Shown here one piece after another: positions 24,020 to 36,343 of a stretch of DNA of 64,000 nt. The notes under the pieces were generated by a model. The model ran no database searches, had not been told where the DNA came from, and saw only the letters and a program-made list of their open reading frames with translations. Where the stretch lies: assembly GCF_046119375.1 (NCBI RefSeq), contig NW_027362765.1:151404001-151468000 (forward strand). Direction: 5' to 3'. The position numbers and the translations under genes were made by a program. The stretch's first letter is position 1. Each line of letters begins with the position of its first letter. The stretch is from Phyllobates terribilis. Its lineage: Eukaryota.

Positions 24020-26000
24020 ATGAAAAAAAAAAGTTTCATGATTTGTCCTGATCTTAAACCAGGCAAATCATTAGATAAATCTATAGTGGATACAGTGAAA
24101 GGTTTTTACAATAGTGAAGAAGTGAGCCGAATTATACCTGGCAAGAAGGACTGTGTGTCTAGGAAAGTGAACGGTAAGAAAACTCATGTCTATAAGAAGC
24201 TGCTTATTGCCAATTTGAAAGAGACCAATTAATTTTTTTTTAAATTCAACTTCTGCCAAAATGTGCTTAACTGCGACCTAATAAATGTGTCCTGGCTGGT
24301 GGTAGTGGTGCACACTTTGTATGCGTATGTACAGCACACCAGAACACTAAGCTGATGATTGAAGGAGGTAAGCTGAAAGATAGTCAGCTTGGGGAGTCCA
24401 ACCTTGGTGATTATAAAGTATGTGTCTCACATACCTAAATATCTGCAAAAAATGTCCTCCAGTAATGGCTCTCCAAGAAAAAATACTAAATCATCTCGAA
24501 GAGGCTATGGTAGATATTGTAAACAGGTATCTGGTGAGAGATGGACTTTTGACAATTTTTCTAAAAGCGCAGAAGACTTTGTAGAATGTTTTTGTGACCA
24601 GCTGATAGTCCTTAGTCTGAAACCCAAAAGTAAATTTCAATTAATAAATCTTTAAAAACTAAGAACTTTTGTATTTCAAGCCATGGTAAAATTCTCTACC
24701 ATTCACTCTGTACTTGAACTTAGGGTAACAGTAGGGTTTATATTACCCACTTCCTATGACGATTAGTTTGAGAATCCCCAGTGCATGATGGGATTCTCAA
24801 ACAAATTGCTATCTGCTGGCAGAAACTGCTGTTACTCCCCTTGCCGCTCTGAAACGAAGCGTCCTCGAAGGGGAGGGGGCTGGGACATCAAGACACTCCC
24901 CTTGTTTTGTTTGCTGTCCTGACAAGAAGCATCATCAGTGACGCGGGTTTCAGGGGCTAGTCCCTGCGGTGTCTTCCTTGTGCAATGTGTCCCCTAGCAC
25001 CCTGTGCGATGAGCACAGAGTCCGGTCTGTTGTCTGCTTAGCCGAATAGTAATAAGCCGGGCCTGCTTACAGTCAGAAGTGAAAACATAGACAGCACGGT
25101 GGCTCAGTGGTTAGCACTATAGCCTTGCAGCGCTGGGGTCCTGGGTTCAAATCCCACCAAGGACAACATCTGCAAGGAGTTTGTATGTTCTCCCTGTGTT
25201 TGCGTGGGTTTCCTCCGGTTTCCTCCCACACTACAAAGACATACCGATAGGGAATGTAGATTGTGAGCCACAATGGGGACAGTTCCAATAACATCTGTAA
25301 AGTGCTGTGAAATTAATGGCTCTATATAAGTGAGTAAAATAAATAAATAAATGCAAAACAAAAAAAAAAAAAAAAATTCAGTGATAAAAACTGACATCCT
25401 ACCAAGTTTTAGCAAGGTCTATTACTTCTCAGATGGCTCTTCTGCACAGTATAAAAATAGGAAAAGCTTTATAAATGTCTGCCATCACAAGAAAGATTTT
25501 GAAGTGGAAGCTGAATGGCACTTTAGGTTTAAGAGGCACCGTGAAAAGCCTTGCACCTTGAGCTAGCCTCCATAGGCCATATTCACACCAAACCTTAATA
25601 CCCATGCAACTTTTCAACTGGAGTGAGAAAAATATTCCTAACATCCAGTTCATGTAGTGTACAAAACAGGACTACGAAGAATAAGAGAGTTTGTTAAAAC
25701 ATCGGTTTCTGGAAGCAGAACCCATCAAAGGGACTCGGCAATACCACACTGTCATTCCATGTAGGGAAACAGAAATAAAAACAAGGATGAGAGTGGAGTC
25801 CATGAAGGTGGCACAAGATTGGCAGTGGATGACATAACTGGTTATGTGACCTGTGAATATGATCGGCACTGCCGGCTAATGTACTCTCCAAAGATTATGA
25901 CAATGAAGAAGTAGAAGTGACTTTTTTGCACCTTCTAGTCCATCACCGTCCTTTGTGTATCCAAGAAAACCAAACATTAGAAAAGTGAAGAAAAATCAGA
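24020..26000 (+). pseudogene. Sola2-like transposase remnants
   Basis: FYNSEEVSRIIPGKKDCVS...KKLLIANLKE; CKKCP; KVYYFSDGSSAQYKNRKSFINVCHHKKDFEVEAEWHF; GTVK..A..ASLHRPY...LFNW; RF....IKGTRQYHTVIP. Many stops and frameshifts, interrupted by inserts. Confidence 0.65.
25091..25351 (+). mobile_element. tRNA-derived SINE (full length) inside the Sola2-like element
   Basis: A and B boxes, same body as 12227-12515, (TAAA)n tail. Confidence 0.85.
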
Positions 26001-26956
26001 TATTAAGCCCATAACAGCCGTACATACTCTGACACAAGGAAACGGCCATTGTTAGTAAGAGATTGTGGACAAGATTACATTTCACCTAGTAGAAGGGACA
26101 AATTGATGATAAAAGCTCAGTGGAAAGACTTACTATTAATTGTTTAAGACTAGTTCATATTGTTTTATTTTATAGCTTGATGATTTAACTATTGTACTAT
26201 CCTTTTTAAAACCTTGAAAAAGAACATGTCTACTGACTTAATAATAAAAAATTGTTACATGTATATTTAAAAAGGTGTTACAAATATTGATTCTTCTAAT
26301 TTAGCATTAAACATATACGATTAGGATGAGACTGCGTTTAGAAAATCACGCTTCAAAATATGATCCTACGGAGATCCTAACTTGAATCCCTGAACAAATG
26401 GAAGCAAGAACACAAGTAACTCATATGCATTTTTTGAAAGATTTATAACATATAGTTTTTCCGAAATAGCCCATCAAAATTTAGAATTTGACTCATCGAA
26501 AACAAAATATCAACATAGTCATGTGACATATGAAATTAAAACCTGTATAATTCTGAACAAAATCATGCCTCCCCCATCCATCTCTTTTTATCTTAATTGA
26601 AGCCCGAGATATGATACCAAATGTAAAGTCATATAAGCCCAAACAACAGTATTTTCAAAACTTTTGGAAATCTATAAAACATTAACTAATGAAGATAAAA
26701 ATGCAAAACTTTTTTTTTTTAATTCACTAAAGTAGCACTTCAAAGACACCAAAGAAAAGAAATATCCTAAGATATCAGGTAAAATAAATATTCCAGATTT
26801 GGATCACTTGAAATGGAATGACCCATTGCAGATGTTATATCCAGGTACTGTGGGTAAGATATCTGCAGCTTGCCAATTTCAGCAGTGGATGTAAAAAGTG
26901 TATGGTATTTCTACAGAATTTGCACAATGACAATGGTAGCAACATCCACAGAATTA

Positions 26957-27150
26957 CGCTACGTTCACACGTTCAGTATTTGGTCAGTATTTTCCATCAG
27001 TATTTGTAAGCCAAAACCAGGAGTGGGTGATAAATACAGAAGTGGTGACGTGTTTCTATTATACTTTTCCTCTGATTGCTCCACTCCTGATTTTGGCTTA
27101 CAAATACTGATGTAAAATACTGACCAGATACTGAATGTGTGAACGTGGCC
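26957..27150. mobile_element. Harbinger-type MITE family A (copy 5)
   Basis: TTA/TTA TSD, family-A arms. Confidence 0.75.
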
Positions 27151-27229
27151 TTAGGGCGGACATTGCTGCTGGCTGCTACAAATTTACAACTATGTCTTGT
27201 GTGAACATATTAAGATTCTGTTAAATTTC

Positions 27230-27639
27230 GGCCAGGTTCACACAACCGTACAAAATAATTGTCAGAGTTTCATTCATAAAACTCCGACGATTTTTTTTCT
27301 TACTTGTCATGCGTATACAATCTGTTTTCTTTACAGCAGCTATTAATCATTTTCAAGACTATTTACAATTTCCTATGTTAATGAACTTTAATGTATCCAT
27401 AAAAAAATGGATTCTATACTGTGGCATCCTTTTTTCTGCGCACCCTAGATCTGAATGTATAAGTCTCATCCGACATATGGAAGAAACTAGAGAATGCTGC
27501 AATTTTTTTCACACGCAGATCCGGTCAGTGAAAAGAAATAGCTCATCTGTACTGCCTCATTGAATAACATTGGTATGAGAGCAGTCCACTTTTTTACGGA
27601 CAGCACTCGGACAAAAAAAACAGTCGTGTGAACGAGCAC
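27230..27639. mobile_element. Harbinger-type MITE (uninterrupted relative of 29790-31079)
   Basis: Shared cagcagctattaat...agac.atttaca.ttt.ctatg core. Confidence 0.6.
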
Positions 27640-28051
27640 TAACACAAACCCCCCACACACAGTACAGCTATTTTTTTAAACTGAAGTCGTTTTAGGTCCA
27701 AATGTCATGCTTATTATTTTCTCATTATGTCTAACTATAAAACCCCTGCACAGATTGAGTTAAGGAATCCCATTCTGGCTGCCAGCAGAGAGGAATAGCT
27801 GGGGTTTAGCAGCTTACTACATATAATTTGCTGACAGAACTCATCAATAACAACACAATGTACACCATTCTAACCTCCCCCTAAGGGCTCATTCAGATGA
27901 GCATATTATACATCCCTGTGCTGTCCATGTGCAAAATGGATAATATATGGCCATCACAAAGACCAAAGCAACTCAATAGTGTAGTTCACATGAATGTTCT
28001 TACAAACGGACCGGTTGTCTGCATATAAAAAAATCACAGCATGCTCTAGAC

Positions 28052-29494
28052 CACACGTGTCAAACTCTGGCACATGGGATTATATTTGGCCCGCGACACC
28101 AGAACCACCACCCCTATGCAGGGCCCATTATACTGTATGGAGGACTATGTGGTGCCCATAATACTGTATGGAGGACTATGTGGGGCCCATTATTCTGTAA
28201 GGAGGACTATGTGGGGCCATTATTCTGTTTGGAGGACTATGTAGGGCCCATTATTCTGTAAGGAGGACTATGTGGGGCCATTATTCTGTATGGAGGACTA
28301 TGTGGGGCCATTATTCTGTATGGAGGACTATGTGGGGCCCATTATTCTGTATGGAGGACTATGTGGGGCCCATTATACTGTACGGAGGACTATGTGGGGC
28401 CCATTATTCTGTATGGAGGACTATGTGGGGCCCATTATTCTGTATGGAGGACTATGTGGGGCCATTATTCTGTATGGAGGACTATGTGGAGCCCATTATT
28501 CTGTATGGAGGACTATGTGGGGCCCATTATTCTGTATGGAGGACTATGTGGAGCCCATAATACTGTATGGAGGACTATGTGGGGCCATTATTCTGTATGG
28601 AGGACTATGTGGGGCCATTATACTATATGGAGGACTATGTGGGGCCCATTATACTGTAAGGAGGACTATGTGGGGCCATTATTCTGTATGAAGGACTATG
28701 TGGTGCCCATAATACTGTATGGAGGACTATGTGGGGCCATTATTCTGTATGGAGGACTATGTGGGGCCCATTATACTGTATGGAGGACTATGTGGGGCCC
28801 ATTATACTGTATGGAGGACTATGTGGTGCCCATAATACTGTATGGAGGACTATGTGGGGCCATTATACTGTATGGAGGACTATGTGGGGCCATTATACTG
28901 TATGGAGGACTATGTGGGGCCCATTATACTGTATGGAGGACTATGTGGGGCCATTATTCTGTATGAAGGACTATGTGGTGCCCATAATACTGTATGGAGG
29001 ACTATGTGGGGCCATTATTCTGTATGGAGGACTATGTGGGGCCATTATTCTGTATGAAGGACTATGTGGTGCCCATAATACTGTATGGAGGACTATGTGG
29101 GGCCATTATTCTGTATGGAGGACTATGTGGGGCCATTATACTGTATGGAGGACTATGTGGGGCCCATTATACTGTATGGAGGACTATGTGGGGCCCATTA
29201 TTCTGTATGGAGGACTATGTGGAGCCCATTATTCTGTATGGAGGACTATGTGGGGCCCATTATACTGTATGGAGGACTATGTGGGACCCATTATACTGTA
29301 TGGAGGACTATGTGGGGCCCATTATACTGTATGGAAATCTACGTAGGGCCATTATACTGTTTGGAGGATTATGTGGGGACCATTATTCTGTGTGGAGGAC
29401 TGTGTGGTGTCCAATATTCTGTATACTGCTTGGCCCGCGACTTTGTCCAAGTTTTTCATTTTGGCCCTCTGTGTGTTTGAGCTTGACATGTGTG
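28052..29494. mobile_element. hAT (Charlie-type) non-autonomous element carrying a minisatellite
   Basis: 14-bp TIR cacacgtgtcaaac / gcttgacatgtgtg; 8-bp TSD CTCTAGAC/CTCTAGTC, matching the NTCTAGAN Charlie target. Confidence 0.8.
28113..29420. repeat. Minisatellite, 29-30-bp unit GGAGGACTATGTGGGG(C)CCATTAT(T/A)CTGTAT, about 44 copies
   Basis: Directly visible tandem array with 29/30-nt variants. Confidence 0.95.
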
Positions 29495-29789
29495 CTCTAG
29501 TCGGATTCATTTTTCGGAACAAAACTTGTCCATTAATATAAATGGGCTCATTAAAAACAACAGATGCCAACTATCTGGCATTCTTTTTTTTCCAAATCCA
29601 ATACAATTAATACAGAAAACTGAATTTGGACTACCATTATATTTTAAATAGCCTGAGTGAGAGCACAGATTCAACAAAAAGTCTATGATCTCTATACATT
29701 ATAGAATTTGCGCATGTTTTTTTGTTGAGTTTTTAGTGTTTTGCACCTTTGTTTATGCCAGATTCATCTTTCCATATGAGCCTTTTTTA

Positions 29790-31079
29790 GGGTTCCCTTA
29801 CACTGGCATATAAAAATAATCGGTCCCATTCTCATCCAGGAGAGTAAGACGATTTTTTTTTCTTACTTGTCATATGTGTGTTTTTTCTACTCAGCAGCTA
29901 TTAATATTTTACAAGACCATTTAGGGTATGTGCCCACGATGTACATTTGAAGCAGACATTTCCTGAGAACGCATGCCGATTTTACATGCGTTTTTTCAGC
30001 GTTTTTACATACGTTTATGCATGCGTTTTTTTCAAACGTTTTTCCAAGTGATTTTGAGCATCACTTGGAAAAGGGCTTGACAAGTTGGTCACACAATATA
30101 AACCCATGCAACTGGCATGGATTTATATTGTTTGACCAACTTAGAGGAAATTTCTACTATCAAATGCTGCATCTAAAGTAAAAAAAAAGAATTAAAAAGT
30201 AAAAAGAAATAAAAAACCTTATATTCACATCAGCGGTGGCCTCCGGTCTCCTCCCGGCCGCTTCCTCTCTCCTCGGCGGCCCGCGGTGTACTGGCAGGAC
30301 CTGTGGTGACGTCATTTAGTCAGCTGATGGTCACGCGACCGCTGTTGTCAGCGGTCAGGTGACTAGATGACGTCACCACAGGTCCTGCCAGTACACCAAG
30401 GGCCACTGAGGAGAGAGGATTGCCACTGGGAAAAGACCGGGGTCCGCCGGAGAGGTGAGTATGAATAATTTTTTTTATTTTTTACTATAGAATTCTCTTT
30501 TTACTTGCAGGTACCATGGTACCCAGGGTGGAGGAGAGTCTCCTCTTCTCCAGACCTGGGTACCATCCGCGCATTGAACCGTATAACATCCACATGTGTA
30601 CATGCAGATATTATGTGGTTCAATGGGCGCGATTTCACCACGAAATCGCGCCCAAATTGGTAGTGCTGCGGATTTTTCCACAATGATAATCTGCAGCTGA
30701 AATTTCCACAGCATGTGCACAGCACATGCCGATTATCATTGGGATATATCCCAGATCTCTTAACAAGCGATTTTAATGTGTTTCAGCGGCTGAAATGCCG
30801 CCGTGGAAACGCATTAAATCCGCATTGTGAGCACTCAGCCTTACAGTTTGCTATGCTACAGAATTCTAATATATCCGTAAAAATCGGATGCCACTCTAAT
30901 GGTCCGTATAACATCCGATTTTTTTCTCACACCTATCAGACTTTGGAGTGAAATCGCAGAATGCGAGAAAAAAATATGCAGATCTGCACTGCCTCATTGA
31001 ATGACGTTAGTCCGAGTGCAATCCCTTTTTATTCCTTGCATTGCAATCGTCCAATTTATACACCAGTGTGAGTGAGCCC
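29790..31079. mobile_element. Harbinger-type MITE with nested family-C element (29924-30840)
   Basis: Outer gggttcccttacactgg / ccagtgtgagtgagccc termini; the inner element is flanked by TTA/TTA. Confidence 0.7.
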
Positions 31080-31511
31080 TGAAAGTCACTTTTTTATATG
31101 TGTCTGTTTTTTCTTTTAATTTTCCACTATGGGCAAAGTTTATGGTTTCTATATGTTTTGGCTTTTTTTAACTTTTCTTCTGATATCTGAGAAATTAAAG
31201 AAACTCATCCACAACTACCACAAAAGACTTCAAGCTGTCGTTGATGTTAGAGGGGGCAATACACGGTATTAAGAACTGGGGTATGTGAACTTTTGATCAG
31301 GGTTATTTGGATGTTTTTGGTTGTCATTAAGATTTAAAAAGAGAAAACACAGTAGTTTGACAATAAATGGCTTCACCCAACCAATAACCATGAGTGGAGA
31401 AAAAGTTTTTTTATCATCATTCATATTCTCTGAAACAAGGCCAAGGAAGGAAAAATTCTGCCGGGGTATGTAAACTTTTGAGTACAACTGTATTAGACAA
31501 AACTAGTTTAA

Positions 31512-32002
31512 AGGGGACCTGCCATGTCCCCAAATGCTATTAACCTGCAGATATGCGGTTTATCTGCAGGTTAATAGCGTTTTAAAGCTGTGGGGCCGCT
31601 GCGCTGAAGGCCCAGCTACCGAGAGGAAATTAACTTTATTCCTCCCAGCAGCCTCCAGTTTTCAGTCATAGAGGTGAGGCTTAAGTTGCCGCTCAGTACA
31701 TAAAGGTGGCTGTAACCACGCCCCGGCACTGACTGACATCCGGCTTAACAGTGTATCAGTGCACAGCCAGTTGTCAGTCAGTGCCTGGGCGTGATTACAG
31801 CTGTTGCTCATTATGTATTGAGCGGTGACTAAAGCTGCATCTCTATGACTGAAAACTGGAGACTGCTGGGAGGAATAAAGTTTTTCTACTTCTGGTAGCT
31901 TCACCTAGAGTGCAGCGGCTGCATAGCTTTAGAACATTATTAACCTGGAGATTAACCCTATATCTGCAGGTTAATAGCGTTTTTTGACATGACAGGTTCA
32001 CT
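31512..32002. mobile_element. Kolobok/T2-type palindromic MITE
   Basis: TTAA/TTAA TSD, aggggacctgccatgtc / gacatgacaggttcact termini, nearly fully palindromic. Confidence 0.75.
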
Positions 32003-32185
32003 TTAATGGTTGAACAACAATTGACTGAACAATTGTGCGGTGTACAACTATTGCGCAGAGTCAACCATGCACATTTTAGCCTATATTAGCCAATTCAGTC
32101 ATTCAACCTGGCTGTGTCACGCTGTGACTGTAGGAATTCCGGGGGAAGAGGGACCCTATACTGTCCCTAATCTAGGGAAGCTCTA

Positions 32186-33739
32186 CACTGTGTGCAGAAT
32201 TATTAGGCAAATGAGTATTTTGATCACATGATACTTTTTATACATGTTGTCCTACTCCAAGCTGCATAGGCTTGAGAGCCAACTACCAATTAAGTAAATC
32301 TGGGGATGTTCATCTCTGTAATGAGGAGGGGTGTTGTCTAATGACATCAACACCCTATATAAGGTGTGCTTAATTATTAGGCAACTTCCTTTCCTTTGGC
32401 AAAATGGGTCAGAAGAGAGATTTGACGGGCTCTGAAAAGTCCAAAATTGTGAGATGTCTTGCAGAGGGATGCAGCAGTCTTGAAATTTCTAAACTTTTGA
32501 AGCGTGATCATCAAACAATCAAGCGTTTCATGGCAAATAGCCAACAGGGTCGCAAGAAGCGTGTTGGCCAAAAAAGGCGCAAAATAACTGCCCATGAATT
32601 GAGGAAAATCAAGCGTGAAGCTGCCAAGATGCCATTCGCCACCAGTTTTGCCATATTTCAGAGCTGCAACGTTACTGGAGTATCAAAAAGCACAAGGTGT
32701 GCGATACTCAGGGACATGGCCAAGGTAATGAAGGCTGAAAAATGGCCACCTTTGAGCAAGAAACATAAGATAAAACATCAAGAATGGGCCAAGAAATATC
32801 TTAAGACTGATTTTTCAAAGGTTTTATGGACTGATTAAATGGGAGTGACTCTTGATGGGCCAGATGGATGGGCCAGAGGCTGGATCAGTAAAGGGCAGAG
32901 AGCTCCACTCCGACTCAGACGCCAGCAAGGTGGAGGTGGGGTACTGGTATGAGCTGGTATCATCAAAGATGAACTTGTGGGACCTTTTCGGATGTAGGAT
33001 GGAGTGAAGCTCAACTCCCAGACCTACTGCCAGTTTCTGGAAGACAACTTCTTCAAGCAGTGGTACAGGAAAAAGTCGGTATCGGTATTATTTTCATGCA
33101 GGACAATGCTCCATCACATGCATCCAACTACTCCACAGCGTGGCTGGCCAGTAAAGGTCTAAAAGAAGAAAAAATAATGACATGGCCCCCTTGTTCACGT
33201 GATCTGAACCCCATAGAGAACCTGTGGTCCATCATAAAATGTGAGATCTACAGGGAGGGAAAACAGTACACCTCTCGGAACAGTGTCTGGGAGGCTGTGG
33301 TGGCTGCTGCACGCAATGTTGATCGAAAACAGATCAAGCAACTGACAGAATCTATGGATGGAAGGCTGTTGAGTGTCATCATAAAGAAAGGTGGCTATAT
33401 TAATCACTAATTTTTTTGGTTTTTGTTTTTGCATGTCAGAAATGTTTATTTCTAAATTTTGTGCACTGATATTGGTTTACCTGGTGAAAATAAACAAGTG
33501 AGATGGGATTATATTTGGTTTTTATTAAGTCGCCTAATAATTCTGCACAGTAATAGTTACCTGCACAAACAGATATCCTCCTAAGATAGTCAAATCTAAA
33601 AAAAAAAAACACTCCAACTTCCAAAAATATTAAGCTTGGATATTTATGAGTCTTTTGGGTTGATTGAGAACATAGTTGTTGATCAATAATAAAAATAATC
33701 CTCTAAAATACAACTTGCCTAATAATTCTGCACATACTG
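32186..33739 (+). mobile_element. Tc1-like element, DD37E (TRT-like)
   Basis: TA/TA TSD, TIR ca(c/g)t(g/a)tgtgcagaattattaggcaa with inner direct repeats; 37 residues between QD and the E of NPIE. Confidence 0.9.
32404..33410 (+). pseudogene. DD37E transposase pseudogene
   Basis: MGQKRDLT...VLWTD* (stop 32836-38), further stops and a deletion; C-terminal FMQDNAPSH...DLNPIENLW. Confidence 0.85.
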
Positions 33740-34273
33740 TAGTCTATCCCTAACCCCAGGGTTACTCCTGAAGGTGGAGATGCCCGGTTCTCGTACCTCT
33801 CTGTGCTGCTAAGAAATCCTATGCAGCTCCCACCCTCCCCCCAGGGAGGAAAGGGGCAGGAGTAAAAGGGGTAACACTGGTTGGACAGACAGGGGAAAAC
33901 TAAGGCACAATCAAACAACAGGCACACAGGATAAGGGAAGATGGGAGCACAGTAACGAGGCAGAAAAGCAACACCAAAAAGGGAAAGGAAGAGGTATTCA
34001 CAGCAAACAGCATACCATAATCTCAAGAACAACAAAAGCAACTCTCCAGAACACCTTCTCCAGTACAGCCAAAAACAGAATGAAGATTCTATTGCTGGCA
34101 TGGAGGGAAGCCAGACACAGGTTTATATAATGGAAGGGTGTAGTTCCAATAAGCAGCACAGCCAATAGACCACTAGGAACTCTAAACCCTTTCTATCCTA
34201 CAAAAATCTATTAACTCATGAATGGACATGTAGATTTAAAGAGGATCAGTGCTCCGCTAAACGCTGTGATCTT

Positions 34274-34357
34274 AATGTCTGTAAATTGTCTGAATTGTAA
34301 AGCGCTGCGGAATATGTTGGCACTATATAAATAAAAAGATTATTATAGATTATTATT
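34274..34357 (+). mobile_element. SINE 3'-tail fragment
   Basis: aatgtctgtaaattgtctgaattgtaaagcgctgcggaatatgttggcactatataaataaa, near-identical to the tail at 12440-12515. Confidence 0.7.
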
Positions 34358-36343
34358 ATCTACTAATCTTAGATGTGCCACAGTTCCCAGCAGAAAGCGG
34401 CACATTCATAACAGGCCGTACATGTTCAATGACACCAAGCGAAGGAGGAATGAACTTTCTGGGAACATTCTTTGAAACAACATTTGCTGAATGACAAATC
34501 TATCATCTGAAGAAAAATCAAATATGACCGGCTTTATTTCTAGGACTATGAAGTTCATTCGTTTTTACGTTTTACATGACAAAGACTCGTTTGGGTTAAT
34601 AATGTTCATATTCATCAATTAAAGTCCAAGGTCCATGAACATTGAACCTTAAATAGCTAATCTGCAAAAACAACATGTGCATGAATACTTTTTCAGAAGA
34701 ATCTGCGAACAGGCAAGTGGTTTATAAATATTGGATATTTGTCCCTTTCCTTTCTTTTCCCATGATTTAAAAATTGTTAATAAAATTATTGAAACATAAA
34801 TATTGGATAATAAATAGAAGATAAAAGAACGCTTCATTCTGTACTTGTAACCACAAACACATTTCTAGGTCATGTCTCGGGAACACAGATTTGTACACAT
34901 TCCTGCGTCTCCCCCCCTCTTCTCCATTGCTTGAGCCAAAGATAAATCAGGTTTTGTGCTTCCTGCAGTGGAATCCCCTGAGGGTGAGGTTTTCTTCCTG
35001 GGAATCCCTCTTGACATCACCTCTACGAAGTGTAACAACTCCATAGCTAAGAGCTTGTCACAGCTGCCTGAGTCTGTTATGTGTCACACAAGCAAAGCTA
35101 CTACAAGTATACAACGGCCAATGCAACCATGACTGAAATCATGTAAGGTTAATAATGTTCACATTGTTTCATATATGGATGAATACAATTTATTATCCTG
35201 CTATCTCAAACTTTAGAGAGAACTATAGAATTATATCTGCAGCTACAGTATGATCACTAATATCTGACACGTTAAAGAGTAAAAGAGAAAGCTGTTTTTC
35301 TCCATAAAGTGGTGAGCTGTGCGTAAATATTGCAGTTTTGCCCAATTCAAGTGAATTAAGCCAATATTTACATTTTTCTTTGACCCTGTCATATATACTT
35401 TTAATAATCTCCATTAAAACATTCACTGCTTGAAAAGTAGACTATATATAGTTTAAGGGCTTGTGCACAAGACCGATTTTCTCATCCGACTGCTATCTAT
35501 GGTTTACACGGGTAGCACTCATACCTATGACATTCTATGGAGCTGTGCACATGTCCGATTTCCTCGGAGAGAGTGGTCCACAGAAAAAATCTGAGACATG
35601 TCCGATTGTGATCCAAGTGTCGGATCAAAATCCGCAATGCAAGTCTATGGGCCGCATGTCCAAAACTCCACCGACAAGCTGTGGTTAATGACTACAAGGT
35701 TATGAAAGAAAATCGCGTGGGCAACCAATCACCTCGGGTAGATGAAGGTTTGACCGCGTGGCTAGCTGCATCGATTGGTCTCATCCTTAGGCAGCACAAA
35801 TGTAAAAATCTCTGCAAGTTCTAGAAAGTTTTAATTTCAGCACCTTTCTTTAATTTATTTGCAATTGTACTAATGTCTTTTATTCCTGTGTACACCAGAC
35901 TTTTTCTCATCCACTTTGTCACTCACTCAGCCGCAATTGATAATATTACTCTGTATTTCACCTTGTCCGGTTTCTTGTCTAGCACTGAACTGATGTATTG
36001 TTTAGTAAGAGTATGGACCTGGCCTTTAAGTAGGGGCAGTTTGAACTGTGACCTCCTTGACAGAGGCATAGAGTTGTTGTACAATTTACTTCCTTTCTAT
36101 ATAAATGAGCAGTGTTCACATTTGGAAATGTTACTTATGGGTAATTCAAAATGTTGGCTACTAACTCCCATTGTAAAATAAAAGTGTCAACTCTGTGCAT
36201 GTATACTTTTTGTGGAAACCCCTTGTATTTAATAAAAATGAGGACCTTCACGCACATAAAGACATAGGATGTTATAAAATTAAAACTGAGCACCAGAATG
36301 TAACAATGAACTTAATGATTGTATATGGACCTTTAGTTAATTA

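Larger units (their letters stand above)
22708..26824 (+). mobile_element. Sola2-like DNA transposon (4.1 kb, decayed transposase)
   Basis: 26-bp TIR GGGTCATTCCAT(G/T)TCAAGTGA(A/T)CCAA at both ends and perfect 4-bp TSD ATTG/ATTG. Boundaries are solid; the superfamily name is inferred from GRG termini, 4-bp TSD and protein motifs. Confidence 0.75.
32115..34270 (-). mobile_element. Probable solo LTR (unrelated family) interrupted by the TRT-like Tc1
   Basis: TGTCAC terminus, minus-strand TATATAAA near 34122-34129, sequence continuous across the TA-flanked insertion; right end eroded. Confidence 0.45.

Noticed and set aside
28113-29500. Long overlapping ORFs (up to 205 aa) and a CRISPR-like regular repeat
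   Set aside because: Pure tandem minisatellite with no unique spacers and no cas genes; the ORFs are open only because the unit lacks stops
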